Below are positions 1-8,584 of a DNA stretch of 44,597 bases, one piece after another. Positions within the stretch are counted from its first letter, which is position 1. The number at the start of each line of letters is the position of its first letter. The translations under genes and the position numbers were made by a program. The notes under the pieces were generated by a model, which saw only the letters and a program-made list of their open reading frames with translations, ran no database searches and had not been told where the DNA came from. Source of the DNA: Devosia sp. (GTDB taxonomy: Bacteria; Pseudomonadota; Alphaproteobacteria; Rhizobiales; Devosiaceae); assembly GCA_035564755.1 (NCBI GenBank), contig DATMTK010000049.1, positions 1 through 44,597 of the forward strand, written 5' to 3'.

Positions 1-95
1 TGTTGGGGCCGAGTTTCATTCTTTACTCTTATAAGGCTTTCCGGATCACTGGATGGTGACCCGAGCCTGATACCGCCTGCCCCGGCTGCCGAACT

Positions 96-109
96 TTGTT
101 GCAGATCAA
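96..109. promoter_or_regulatory. FixK/Fnr box (near-consensus)
   Basis: TTGTT-GCAG-ATCAA, one mismatch to TTGAT-N4-ATCAA; may drive a minus-strand gene leaving the window (possible ATG at 19). Confidence 0.55.
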
Positions 110-425
110 ACTTGTCCAACGCTTTCGGTCATGACGCGCGCCACGCCCGGCCACACTGATCGTTCTCTTGCGGCCTCCGTCTCAACATCTTTGGCCTGTG
201 CGTGCCGATTGCTCGTCGCCGTCGCGCGACCCTGGCTTATTCATGGCTGAGCATGGCTCGATCTTCTTGAAACGGTCGTTGAGTGCTCCGACGAAGATCA
301 CTTCGAGCTGGTCTCGACTGGCGCTCGAGGCGAGATCCAGGCGTTGTCATGGACTTCAAACTTACCGATGACGTTGCCACACGGCCCTCGGCGGGCAGCA
401 TCCATCGGCGGCGCTCGAGTTCAGA

Positions 426-439
426 TTGAGCGAGATCAA
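426..439 (+). promoter_or_regulatory. FixK/Fnr box
   Basis: TTGAG-CGAG-ATCAA; -10-like CACAAT at 461-466 (21 nt gap); upstream of the CDS at 493. Confidence 0.85.
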
Positions 440-492
440 GCATCTCATCGCGCCAGCGCTCACAATGCTCTTATCTACCATTGGAGACGAAG

Positions 493-840
493 ATGGACGA
501 GAAGGGAAACTCGACTTGGCAGGCCGTGCATGAGGAAATCCAGACCACCGGAGCTCACCTGCTCAAGGAAATTCATCGCCTGATCGCCGAGGGCAATGTT
601 CGCAAGCTGGTCGTCAAATCCAGCGATGGCCATGTCTACCTGACCATTCCACTTACGGCCGGGGCGGTTGCCGGGGGTATCCTGACGTTGGGAGCGCCGT
701 GGCTTGCTATTCTTGCCGCCCTCGCAGGGCTCATTGCCGATGTGAAAATCGAGGTCACTCGCGAGGCGCCCCCGCCGGCCGACGCCTTCACCAAGACCGA
801 TAACCCAGCCCCCATCCCGCCGACCGAGACGCAACCTTAG
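493..840 (+). CDS. DUF4342-like small membrane-associated protein
   Basis: GGAGA RBS at 483-487 then ATG 493; motif EGNVRKLVVK...IPLTAG...APWLAILAALAGL resembles DUF4342. Confidence 0.7.
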   Translation: MDEKGNSTWQAVHEEIQTTGAHLLKEIHRLIAEGNVRKLVVKSSDGHVYLTIPLTAGAVAGGILTLGAPWLAILAALAGLIADVKIEVTREAPPPADAFTKTDNPAPIPPTETQP

Positions 841-852
841 GCGAGTGCGATA

Positions 853-888
853 AAGAAGTGCAGGCGGCGCACGTTGCGCCGCCCGCGC
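853..888 (-). terminator. Probable intrinsic terminator between convergent genes
   Basis: GGCGGCGCA-CGT-TGCGCCGCC hairpin (863-883); on the minus strand followed by TGCACTTCTTT, just after the SDR stop. Confidence 0.5.
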
Positions 889-906
889 CATTCGCGCCGA
901 GCAGAA

Positions 907-1659
907 CTATTGTGCGACGTAGCCGCCATCGACCAGGTGGTAGCTGCCGGTGATGAACGACGCGCGCTCCGACAAGAGGAAGCAGGTCAGGGCCGAGACC
1001 TCTTCAGGCCGACCCAGACGCTGCATCGGGTGCAGACCCGCGACGAACTTGAGCGTGTTCTCGTCGAGATTCTTGGACAGCAGCGGTGTATCGATGAAGC
1101 CGGGGCCAACCGCGTTCACGCGCACGCCTTTGGTGGCATATTCCATCGCCGCCACGCGGGTCATCCCCAGGATGGCGTGCTTGGCCGAGGTGTAGGCCAC
1201 AGCATTCGTAAACCCGACGCTTCCCAGTATCGATGCCATGTTGACGATCGACCCGCCGCCAGACTTCATGATGGCGGGGATCTCGTATTTCAGTCCGTAG
1301 AAGACGCCATTGAGATTGATGTCGATCACCGTCTTCCAACCATCGAGAGGGTAGTCGGCGGTGGCGGCTGAGGGGCCGCCGACGCCGGCGTTGTTCACGG
1401 CAAGGTGCAGCCCGCCGAAGGTCTTCTGGGCGAACTCGACCATTGTGGCGTTCTGGGCCGCATCGGCCACGTCGAGCGAGAACCCTGCGGCTGTTCCACC
1501 AAAGTGCTGCACCGCGGCGACGACCCGGTCGATACCTCCCCTATCGCGATCGGCGACGACCACGCGTGCGCCGTTGCTCGCAAGTTCCTTCACGATTGCC
1601 TCGCCAATGCCGGAGGCACCTCCGGTCACGATCGCAATCTTTCCGTGAAAATCAGCCAT
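907..1659 (-). CDS. SDR family NAD(P)-dependent oxidoreductase
   Basis: TGGASGIG Rossmann motif, NNAG, catalytic YTSAK, PGFIDT; GAGGAGG RBS. Confidence 0.95.
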   Translation of the reverse strand: MADFHGKIAIVTGGASGIGEAIVKELASNGARVVVADRDRGGIDRVVAAVQHFGGTAAGFSLDVADAAQNATMVEFAQKTFGGLHLAVNNAGVGGPSAATADYPLDGWKTVIDINLNGVFYGLKYEIPAIMKSGGGSIVNMASILGSVGFTNAVAYTSAKHAILGMTRVAAMEYATKGVRVNAVGPGFIDTPLLSKNLDENTLKFVAGLHPMQRLGRPEEVSALTCFLLSERASFITGSYHLVDGGYVAQ

Positions 1660-1715
1660 GGGCTGCCTCCTCTAGAATAATGCTCGTCTGCTAGATCGAA
1701 CGGATCAGCGGCGCC

Positions 1716-1729
1716 TTGACCGCAGTCAA
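1716..1729 (-). promoter_or_regulatory. FixK/Fnr box
   Basis: TTGAC-CGCA-GTCAA, about 60 nt upstream of the SDR start. Confidence 0.85.
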
Positions 1730-1740
1730 ATGGCGACGCC

Positions 1741-2127
1741 CTATCCTCGCATGCGGGTGGCTGCCTGAACGTACTTGCGTGCCACAGCCGCGATCTGAGC
1801 ATCGGACGGATGATCCATCGGTTCGATCCCCCAGATCTTTTTGGCAAGCGCCGGATAGTGGTCGCTGATGTACCCGGCAAGCTCGGTTCGCGCCGTTCCG
1901 GGCCCCACGATGACGAATCCGCGAAAACCGGTCAGGAAGCCCGCTACCTTGTCCAGGAACGCCTTGTCGGGACGCGCCTTGCCGAGATGAACATTGTCGG
2001 CCCGGCGATGGATATGCGCAGGCGCATGCGCATCGTGAACCACAAGTTCGTCGACGCTGTCGGCAGAAATACCAAAGATGCGGGCCTGGCGATGATCGAT
2101 CCATACACAGCCGCGGGCATGTTCCAT
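1741..2127 (-). CDS. Small aeRF1-related protein ('translational machinery protein', eRF1 middle-domain-like)
   Basis: Motifs VWIDHRQARIF, FLDKVAGFL, IVGPGTARTEL, GIEPMDHPSDAQIAAVARKY match this family; GGAG RBS; no GGQ. Confidence 0.75.
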   Translation of the reverse strand: MEHARGCVWIDHRQARIFGISADSVDELVVHDAHAPAHIHRRADNVHLGKARPDKAFLDKVAGFLTGFRGFVIVGPGTARTELAGYISDHYPALAKKIWGIEPMDHPSDAQIAAVARKYVQAATRMRG

Positions 2128-2186
2128 GAGCTACTCCGTTCTTTCTGAGTTGATTGGGCAGTTGTCGACGATGTCGAACCTTTACG

Positions 2187-2444
2187 TCAGGCGCGCAGCG
2201 GGTTGTCGACGTAGACGCCGTGGCGATCGTCCCAAAGGATGCGGCCGTTTCGTGCAAGGAGCGCCAGGATACCGTCGGCGATCATGCTGCGATGCGCCGG
2301 ATCGAGGTTGGTACTGAGCCCCAGGACGTCGGCGACACTTTCAGAGCTCAACCCTTTCTGGTGCTCGGTGAGGAGCGCGACGACGGCGTCCTCGATGTAC
2401 TGAAGACCGAGCTGGGCGCGTTCGCGCTGCGGGAGGTCTCTCAT
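2187..2444 (-). CDS. Hypothetical protein (possible winged-helix)
   Basis: 85 aa; ATGA overlap with ppsA stop; GLSSESVADVLGL and LALLARNGRI look HTH/wing-like. Confidence 0.65.
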   Translation of the reverse strand: MRDLPQRERAQLGLQYIEDAVVALLTEHQKGLSSESVADVLGLSTNLDPAHRSMIADGILALLARNGRILWDDRHGVYVDNPLRA

Positions 2445-4834
2445 GCTGCACCTTTGCGCATTTCAGCCGCGGCAATCTGCTGTTTCACGGCGACGAAACT
2501 GTCAGGGCTGACAGACATCGAATCGATGCCGCAATCCACCAGGAACTGCGCAAATTCCGGGTGATCGCTCGGCGCCTGTCCGCAAAGTCCGATCTTTGCG
2601 GTTCCGGCGTGAGCCTCGGTGATGGCCCGCCCGATCATCCACTTGACTGCCTCGTCCTGCTCGTCGAACAGACTGGCGAGCTCGCCCGAGTCACGATCGA
2701 CGCCGAGGGTAAGCTGCGTCAGATCGTTCGAGCCGATGGAGAAGCCGTCGAAACGCTCTGCGAATTGCTTGGCAAGAATGACGTTCGAGGGGATCTCGCA
2801 CATCACATACACCTGCAGGCCGTCGGCACCACGCTTCAGCCCGTTCTGCTCCATGACTGCCAGGACCTTGTCCGCCTCGCCGACCGATCGGCAGAAGGGG
2901 ATCATGACGACGACGTTACTGAACCCGAATGACTGGCGCAGGCGCTCTATGGCTCGGCACTCGAGCGCAAAGCCCTCGCGATACTTGGGCGAGTAGTAGC
3001 GGGACGCCCCGCGAAATCCCAGCATCGGGTTCTCCTCCGCCGGTTCGAACTGGCGTCCGCCCACGAGACCGGCGTACTCGTTGGTCTTGAAGTCGCTCAT
3101 CCGGACGATGACCGGCTGCGGGTAGGCGAGCGCGGCAATCCGGGCCAAGCCGCGCGCCAGCCGGTCGACGAAGTATTCGGCCTTGTCGGCGTAGCCTTCG
3201 GTCAGCTTTGCGATCTCGGCCTTGGCGGCCTCATCCTTGAGCTCCTCGAATTTGAGCAATGCCATCGGATGGACGCGGATGGCATTCGCAATGACGAATT
3301 CCATACGAGCGAGGCCGACCCCGTCGGCCGGAAGCCGCCACCAGCGGAAGGCCGCACCAGGATTGGCGAGGTTCAACATCAGGTGAGTGCGTGTCTTGGG
3401 TAACTGGGTCACATCGAGAGTCAACGTCTCGAACGTGGCTGTGCCCTCGTACACGAACCCTTCATCGCCTTCGGCACAGGAGACGGTCACGTCCTGGCCG
3501 CTGTGCAGCACATGGGTAGCGTTGCCGGTCCCAACGATCGCCGGCAGCCCGAGTTCCCGGCTCACGATCGCGGCGTGCGAGGTACGGCCGCCATGATCAG
3601 TGACGATCGCGGCAGCCCGCTTCATTACCGGCACCCAATCGGGGTCCGTCGTGGACGTCACGAGAACCGCACCATCGACGAACTTGTCGATATCCTTGAC
3701 GTCTTCGATCAGACACACCTGGCCGGTGACGACGGCATCGCCGATGGCGATCCCCGAGGCGAGTGTCCGGCCCTTCTGCGAAATCGTGAAGCTGCGCATC
3801 TCACCCTCGGTGCGGCGCGACTGCACCGTCTCGGGGCGAGCCTGCACAATGAAAATCTCATCGGTCACGCCATCGCGCGCCCATTCCATGTCCATTGGGC
3901 AGCCATAGTGCTTTTCGATTGTCGTCGCCCATCGGGCGAGCTTCAGAATCTCCGCGTCGGAAAGGACGAAGGCCGCACGCTCCGCCTTGGACGTCGGAAC
4001 GTTGCGCGTCGGCCTCTCGCCTGCCGCGTAGATCATCTTGATGGCCTTTTCGCCCCGTGCCTTCTCGATGATCGGTGTTAGGGCCGGGTTGCCGAGAAAC
4101 GGCTTGAAGACCACGTATTCGTCCGGGTCGACGGCGCCCTGCACGACGTTCTCGCCCAGGCCCCAGGCGGCGTTGATCAGCACCACTTTGTCGAAGCCGG
4201 TCTCGGTATCGATCGAGAACATCACACCGGACCCACCGAGGTCGGAGCGCACCATCTGCTGCACGCCGATCGACAGCGCCACCTTGCGGTGGTCGAAACC
4301 CTTGGTCTGCCGGTAACTGATGGCCCGGTCGGTGAAGAGCGACGCGTAGCAACGGCGGCAGGCGATCAGCAGATCGGCCTCACCCCGGATGTTGAGAAAG
4401 GTCTCCTGCTGACCAGCGAAGCTTGCGTCCGGAAGGTCTTCGGCAGTCGCGCTCGAACGCACCGCGACCGCAACGCCCTTCTGCCCCGTCCGACGGCAGA
4501 GCTCGCGATACGATTCGGTGATCGACGCCGCGAGCTGTTCCGGCCAATTCCCCTGCAGCACCAGCTGGCGTACTGCGCTGCCGGCTTCCGCAAGGCTCAT
4601 CCGGCCCTCGGTCCAATCGAGGATCAAAGCACCGATCTCGTCGCGATAGTTATTGCCGTCGATGAACGACCAATAGGCGTCGGCCGTGGTCGCAAAGCCG
4701 GGGGGCACCTTGATGCCTTCAGCGCCAAGGGTCCGCACCATCTCTCCGAGCGAAGCGTTCTTGCCGCCGACGCGTGCCACATCGCCACGGCTCAGGCCTT
4801 CAAACCAATCGATCATGGGGAGTTTCTTGAGCAT
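2441..4834 (-). CDS. ppsA: Phosphoenolpyruvate synthase
   Basis: VGGKNASLGEM, VAVRSSATAEDLPDASFAGQQET, phospho-His motif GGRTSHAAIVSRE, MCEIPSN, FSIGSNDLTQ. Confidence 0.97.
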   Translation of the reverse strand: MLKKLPMIDWFEGLSRGDVARVGGKNASLGEMVRTLGAEGIKVPPGFATTADAYWSFIDGNNYRDEIGALILDWTEGRMSLAEAGSAVRQLVLQGNWPEQLAASITESYRELCRRTGQKGVAVAVRSSATAEDLPDASFAGQQETFLNIRGEADLLIACRRCYASLFTDRAISYRQTKGFDHRKVALSIGVQQMVRSDLGGSGVMFSIDTETGFDKVVLINAAWGLGENVVQGAVDPDEYVVFKPFLGNPALTPIIEKARGEKAIKMIYAAGERPTRNVPTSKAERAAFVLSDAEILKLARWATTIEKHYGCPMDMEWARDGVTDEIFIVQARPETVQSRRTEGEMRSFTISQKGRTLASGIAIGDAVVTGQVCLIEDVKDIDKFVDGAVLVTSTTDPDWVPVMKRAAAIVTDHGGRTSHAAIVSRELGLPAIVGTGNATHVLHSGQDVTVSCAEGDEGFVYEGTATFETLTLDVTQLPKTRTHLMLNLANPGAAFRWWRLPADGVGLARMEFVIANAIRVHPMALLKFEELKDEAAKAEIAKLTEGYADKAEYFVDRLARGLARIAALAYPQPVIVRMSDFKTNEYAGLVGGRQFEPAEENPMLGFRGASRYYSPKYREGFALECRAIERLRQSFGFSNVVVMIPFCRSVGEADKVLAVMEQNGLKRGADGLQVYVMCEIPSNVILAKQFAERFDGFSIGSNDLTQLTLGVDRDSGELASLFDEQDEAVKWMIGRAITEAHAGTAKIGLCGQAPSDHPEFAQFLVDCGIDSMSVSPDSFVAVKQQIAAAEMRKGAA

Positions 4835-4902
4835 TCCAAACCTCTCCGCCGCCTTGGCGACATTGCGTGCCGGAACACTGGCGTGCCGCCGACTGCGGGA
4901 CT

Positions 4903-4916
4903 TTGATCGGCATCAA
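4903..4916. promoter_or_regulatory. FixK/Fnr box in divergent ppsA / glk-like promoter
   Basis: Perfect TTGAT-CGGC-ATCAA between starts 4834(-) and 4969(+). Confidence 0.9.
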
Positions 4917-4968
4917 ATGGAGATCGCGTGGGTCCGGCGATAGTACCGCTGCAACACGGAGGTGCAGG

Positions 4969-5967
4969 ATGAGCGAAAATTCACGTCATGCCTTGGTCGG
5001 CGCGATCGGGGGGACCTATATCAGCCTCGCGATCATGGATATCGACGAGTACACCGTCGCGAATTTCGCTCTCCTCAACAGCGCTGACTTCACGAGTCCC
5101 ATGGAAGCGATTGCACGGTATCTGAAGTCGCTTCCGCGCGTGCCCGACAAGGTCGGTCTTTCGATCGCCGGGCTGGTCAACGGCGAAAGCGCAAGAATGA
5201 CCCATCTGCCATGGTCATTCGACTGGAACGACATCCGGGCCGTAACGCGCGCCAGCCACATCTGCTTCGTCAACGAATTCGAGGCCCTGGCACTCGCCAC
5301 CCCGACCCTGAGCAGCTACGATGTTCTGCCGGTCGCGCGCGGCGCGATCAAGCGAACCGCCAATCGTGCCGTTGTCAGTGCCGGCACTGGTCTCGGCGCC
5401 GCTGCCCTGGTCTGGACCGGATCGCGCTGGCAAGCGCTCTCTGGCGCCAGCCGCTTTGCCTCCTTCCCGGCCCCCCAGGGCCATGAATTCGACATCCGGA
5501 CCATCGTGGCTCATGAAGGCTTCGTCGAAGCGGGGCAGATCCTGACTGGCCACGGCATGGTGACGCTATACAAGGCCATGGTGAAGGCGGAGGGTCGCGA
5601 GCCCGCCACGCTCACGGCCCCGCAAATCAGCAAGGCCGGCCTGTCGGGTGAGGATCCGGTCGCCGTTCGGGCTCTCGAGTTGATGGCGACGTGGCTTGGC
5701 CGCTTTGCCGGCGATATCGCGCTGCATTACGGCGCGACTGGCGGGGTGTATCTCGCCGGCGGCATGCCCTCCAACATTGCTGCGGCGCTGCAGACACGCC
5801 ACTTCATCGACGCCTTCGAGGGTGTCGGCGAGCGGCGCGAGTACCTGGCGGATACGCCTGTCCAAGTGGTCAAGGCCGGCGCCGATGCAGGCCTAAGGGG
5901 TGCGGCCGTTGCGCTGGCCAACAGTCTGCCCGTACGGCCGACAAACGTGCATCGCATGCGGGCCTGA
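4969..5967 (+). CDS. Glucokinase-family protein with degenerate active site
   Basis: GGAGG RBS, ATG 4969; Glk scaffold (GTGLG, GGVYLAGG, AGLRGAA) but DxGGT, ND and EGGH motifs are altered. Confidence 0.85.
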   Translation: MSENSRHALVGAIGGTYISLAIMDIDEYTVANFALLNSADFTSPMEAIARYLKSLPRVPDKVGLSIAGLVNGESARMTHLPWSFDWNDIRAVTRASHICFVNEFEALALATPTLSSYDVLPVARGAIKRTANRAVVSAGTGLGAAALVWTGSRWQALSGASRFASFPAPQGHEFDIRTIVAHEGFVEAGQILTGHGMVTLYKAMVKAEGREPATLTAPQISKAGLSGEDPVAVRALELMATWLGRFAGDIALHYGATGGVYLAGGMPSNIAAALQTRHFIDAFEGVGERREYLADTPVQVVKAGADAGLRGAAVALANSLPVRPTNVHRMRA

Positions 5968-5969
5968 CG

Positions 5970-6893
5970 ATGACGCAACTGACCCCGGCGGTCCGCAACG
6001 TCCTGAGCTGGTACGATGGTGAGCGGCCCGGCGTGAAGGCAAGCCTTGCGCGACTCCTGATGCATGGTCGCATGGCAGGATCGGGCAAACTCGTCATCTT
6101 GCCGGTCGACCAGGGGTTCGAACACGGGCCGGCGCGGAGCTTTGCCGGCAATCCTGCCGCCTACGACCCGCGCTATCACTTTGCGCTCGCAATCAAGGCT
6201 GGTCTCAGTGCTTTGGCGGCTCCGCTCGGACTGCTCGCAGCGGGCGCAGATCACTACGCGGGAGAGATCCCCCTAATCCTCAAGGCCAACAATGCCAACA
6301 GCCTGGGGACCGTGAAGGACGAAGCCGTCACCGCCTCGATCCGCGATGCCCTCGAGCTCGGCTGCTCGGCGATCGGATACACGATCTATCCGGGCTCCGA
6401 TCGACAATACGACATGTTTGAAGAGGTTCGTGCAGGAGCCGCCGAAGCGAGGGCGAACGGCTTGGCCGTGGTCGTCTGGGCGTATCCGCGCGGCGGCCAG
6501 CTGGATGGAAAGGCCGAAACGGCACTCGACGTCGTTGCATACGGCGCGCACATCGCCGCGCTGCTTGGCGCACACATTATCAAGGTCAAGGTACCGACAT
6601 CGTTGATCGCCGAGCCGGAGGCCAAGGCCAGCTATCCTGATGGCGCGGGCTACGGCCACCTGTCCAGCCGCATTGAACATGTCATGCAGGCGGCGTTCAA
6701 TGGTCGGCGCCTCGTGATCTTCTCTGGCGGTCCGGCGCGTGATGATGCGGCGATGCTTGCTGAGGTGCGAGGCGTCCATCGTGGTGGCGGCCACGGCTCG
6801 ATCATCGGCCGCAACGCGTTCCAGCGACCGCATGAGGAAGCGCTCAAGCTGCTCGACCGCGTGATCGCAATTCATCTCGGAGAGGACGCCTGA
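5970..6893 (+). CDS. fbaB: Class I fructose-bisphosphate aldolase (DhnA/FbaB type)
   Basis: ATG 5970 after glk-like stop; ILPVDQGFEHGPARSF, WAYPRG, GAHIIKVK (Schiff-base Lys), IIGRNAFQR. Confidence 0.92.
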   Translation: MTQLTPAVRNVLSWYDGERPGVKASLARLLMHGRMAGSGKLVILPVDQGFEHGPARSFAGNPAAYDPRYHFALAIKAGLSALAAPLGLLAAGADHYAGEIPLILKANNANSLGTVKDEAVTASIRDALELGCSAIGYTIYPGSDRQYDMFEEVRAGAAEARANGLAVVVWAYPRGGQLDGKAETALDVVAYGAHIAALLGAHIIKVKVPTSLIAEPEAKASYPDGAGYGHLSSRIEHVMQAAFNGRRLVIFSGGPARDDAAMLAEVRGVHRGGGHGSIIGRNAFQRPHEEALKLLDRVIAIHLGEDA

Positions 6894-7882
6894 TGCTTCC
6901 CGTCCTGACGGTCACCCTCAATCCGACCGTTGATGTAACAACGTCGGTCGACGCGATGAAGCCCCTGCAGAAGCTGCGTTGCGCGAAACCGCGGCTCGAC
7001 CCTGGTGGCGGCGGTCTCAACGTCTCCCGTGCCATCAAGGAGCTTGGCGGAGAGAGCCGCGCCTTCGTCGCCCTCGGCGGCGAGACCGGAACCCAGTTGC
7101 GGCATCTGCTCGACCATACCGGATTGATGATCGACTACTGGCCACTCGTCAGCGAAACGCGCATCTCGTTTACAGTGATCGAGGAGGCGACTGCACTGCC
7201 ATATCGCTTTGTGCTGCCGGGGCCGGAAATCTCCCCGTTCGAGGCCGATCAGATCCTACAGCATCTGGGCAAGCTCATCGAGCGCTACACGGGATACGTC
7301 GTGGCGAGCGGCAGCTTGCCGCCTGGTGTTCCGGACGACTTCTACGCAAGGCTCGCCCGCAAGACACGAGACCTCGGCGGCCGCTTCGTGATCGACTCGC
7401 ACGGCAACCCGCTACGTGCCGCCACCAAGGAGCAGCCTTATCTCGTCCGCCTCAATCATCTCGAGGCGCAGGAGCTGCTCGGAGGGAACGCTGATACCGC
7501 CGCGCATCTGCTCGCATCCGAGCTGGTCGATCGCGGTCTCACCGAAGCCGCGATCGTGACCATCGGCGAACGCGGGGCCATCGTCGCTACGCATGGTCGC
7601 CGCATCGAGATCCGGCCACCGAAGGTCAAGGTTCGCAGCGGCGTAGGGGCTGGAGACAGCTTCGTCGCCGCCCTGGTGACTGGCCTGGCCAGCGGGTGGA
7701 CGATCGAGGATGCGGCCCGTTATGGGGTCGCAGCAGCCGCAGCAGCGGTCACCACCGAGGCAACCGAGCTCTGCAAGCGGGAAACCGTCGAGGCGTTCTA
7801 CGCGCAAATTTCGAAGCCCAAACCGGCCCTTGAGCGGCATCAAGGCGCGACCTCGCTCCAAGCCGCAGTCTCGATCCTGTAG
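6893..7882 (+). CDS. pfkB: PfkB/1-phosphofructokinase family hexose kinase
   Basis: TVTLNPTVD, PGGGGLNVSR, SGSLPPG, GVGAGDSFVA; TGATG coupling to the aldolase. Confidence 0.92.
   Translation: MLPVLTVTLNPTVDVTTSVDAMKPLQKLRCAKPRLDPGGGGLNVSRAIKELGGESRAFVALGGETGTQLRHLLDHTGLMIDYWPLVSETRISFTVIEEATALPYRFVLPGPEISPFEADQILQHLGKLIERYTGYVVASGSLPPGVPDDFYARLARKTRDLGGRFVIDSHGNPLRAATKEQPYLVRLNHLEAQELLGGNADTAAHLLASELVDRGLTEAAIVTIGERGAIVATHGRRIEIRPPKVKVRSGVGAGDSFVAALVTGLASGWTIEDAARYGVAAAAAAVTTEATELCKRETVEAFYAQISKPKPALERHQGATSLQAAVSIL
7830..7843 (+). promoter_or_regulatory. FixK/Fnr box inside pfkB 3' end
   Basis: TTGAG-CGGC-ATCAA; -10-like CAGTCT at 7866-7871 (22 nt gap); upstream of the CBS gene. Confidence 0.75.
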
Positions 7883-7900
7883 TCAACGACGGAGGGCGCC

Positions 7901-8572
7901 ATGAACGTCGCCGATGTGATGAGCAAGACCGTTATCACCGTGATGCCCGGCCACAGTGTGCGGCACGCGGCACAAATCATGCTCGACAACCATGTGAGCG
8001 GCCTGCCGGTCGTGGATGGCGACGGAAGCGTGGTGGGAATCCTCACCGAGGGTGACCTGCTGCGCAGGGTAGAGTACGGTCTGACTGGAGGCCGACCGCA
8101 CTGGGTCGAGGCCACATCGCCGGAAGGCGCAGCACGCGACTTCGTGCGTAGCCGCGCCTGGCGAGTTGGAGACGTGATGAGTACCCCGGTCGTGACGGTG
8201 ACGGAGACAACATCTTTGGCTGACGTTGCGGTGCTGTTCGGCACCCGCGGCATCAAGCGTGTCCCAGTGCTGCGGGCCGGTAAGCTCGTTGGCATTGTCA
8301 GCCGCGCGAATCTGCTCCACATCATCGCCAGCGCCAAGCCGGAGAAGATCGCTGCCGGAGATGAAGCGCTGGAAATCAGCGCCAATGCTCGCCTTCGTGA
8401 TGCGGACACAATCTTCCACATCCGGCCACAGGTCACCGTCGTTGATGGAGTCATCCATCTCTGGGGTCAGGTCAGGTCTGACGCGGAGCGCGACGCGGCA
8501 CGCGTGGCCGTCGAAAACATCGAAGGCATCAACGGGGTGGAAGACCATCTCGCCGTGGTTCAATCGGCCTGA
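7901..8572 (+). CDS. CBS-pair plus BON domain protein
   Basis: VADVMS, SGLPVVD, GILTEGDLL, KRVPV, VGIVSRANLL; C-terminal VTVVDGVIHLWG...GINGVEDHL BON signature; GGAGG RBS. Confidence 0.9.
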   Translation: MNVADVMSKTVITVMPGHSVRHAAQIMLDNHVSGLPVVDGDGSVVGILTEGDLLRRVEYGLTGGRPHWVEATSPEGAARDFVRSRAWRVGDVMSTPVVTVTETTSLADVAVLFGTRGIKRVPVLRAGKLVGIVSRANLLHIIASAKPEKIAAGDEALEISANARLRDADTIFHIRPQVTVVDGVIHLWGQVRSDAERDAARVAVENIEGINGVEDHLAVVQSA

Positions 8573-8584
8573 CGCTTTCAGCCG

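Noticed and set aside
168-443. Short ORFs on both strands before the DUF4342 gene
   Set aside because: No RBS or recognisable motif; the 237-443 ORF starts on top of a FixK box; could be a gene remnant but I cannot support it.
4867-4968. Long N-terminal extensions in the ORF track (also 5691, 14702, 18142, 24083, 28401, 34008, 36784, 43071)
   Set aside because: They run through promoters or neighbouring genes; downstream starts have RBS or coupling and match family N-termini.
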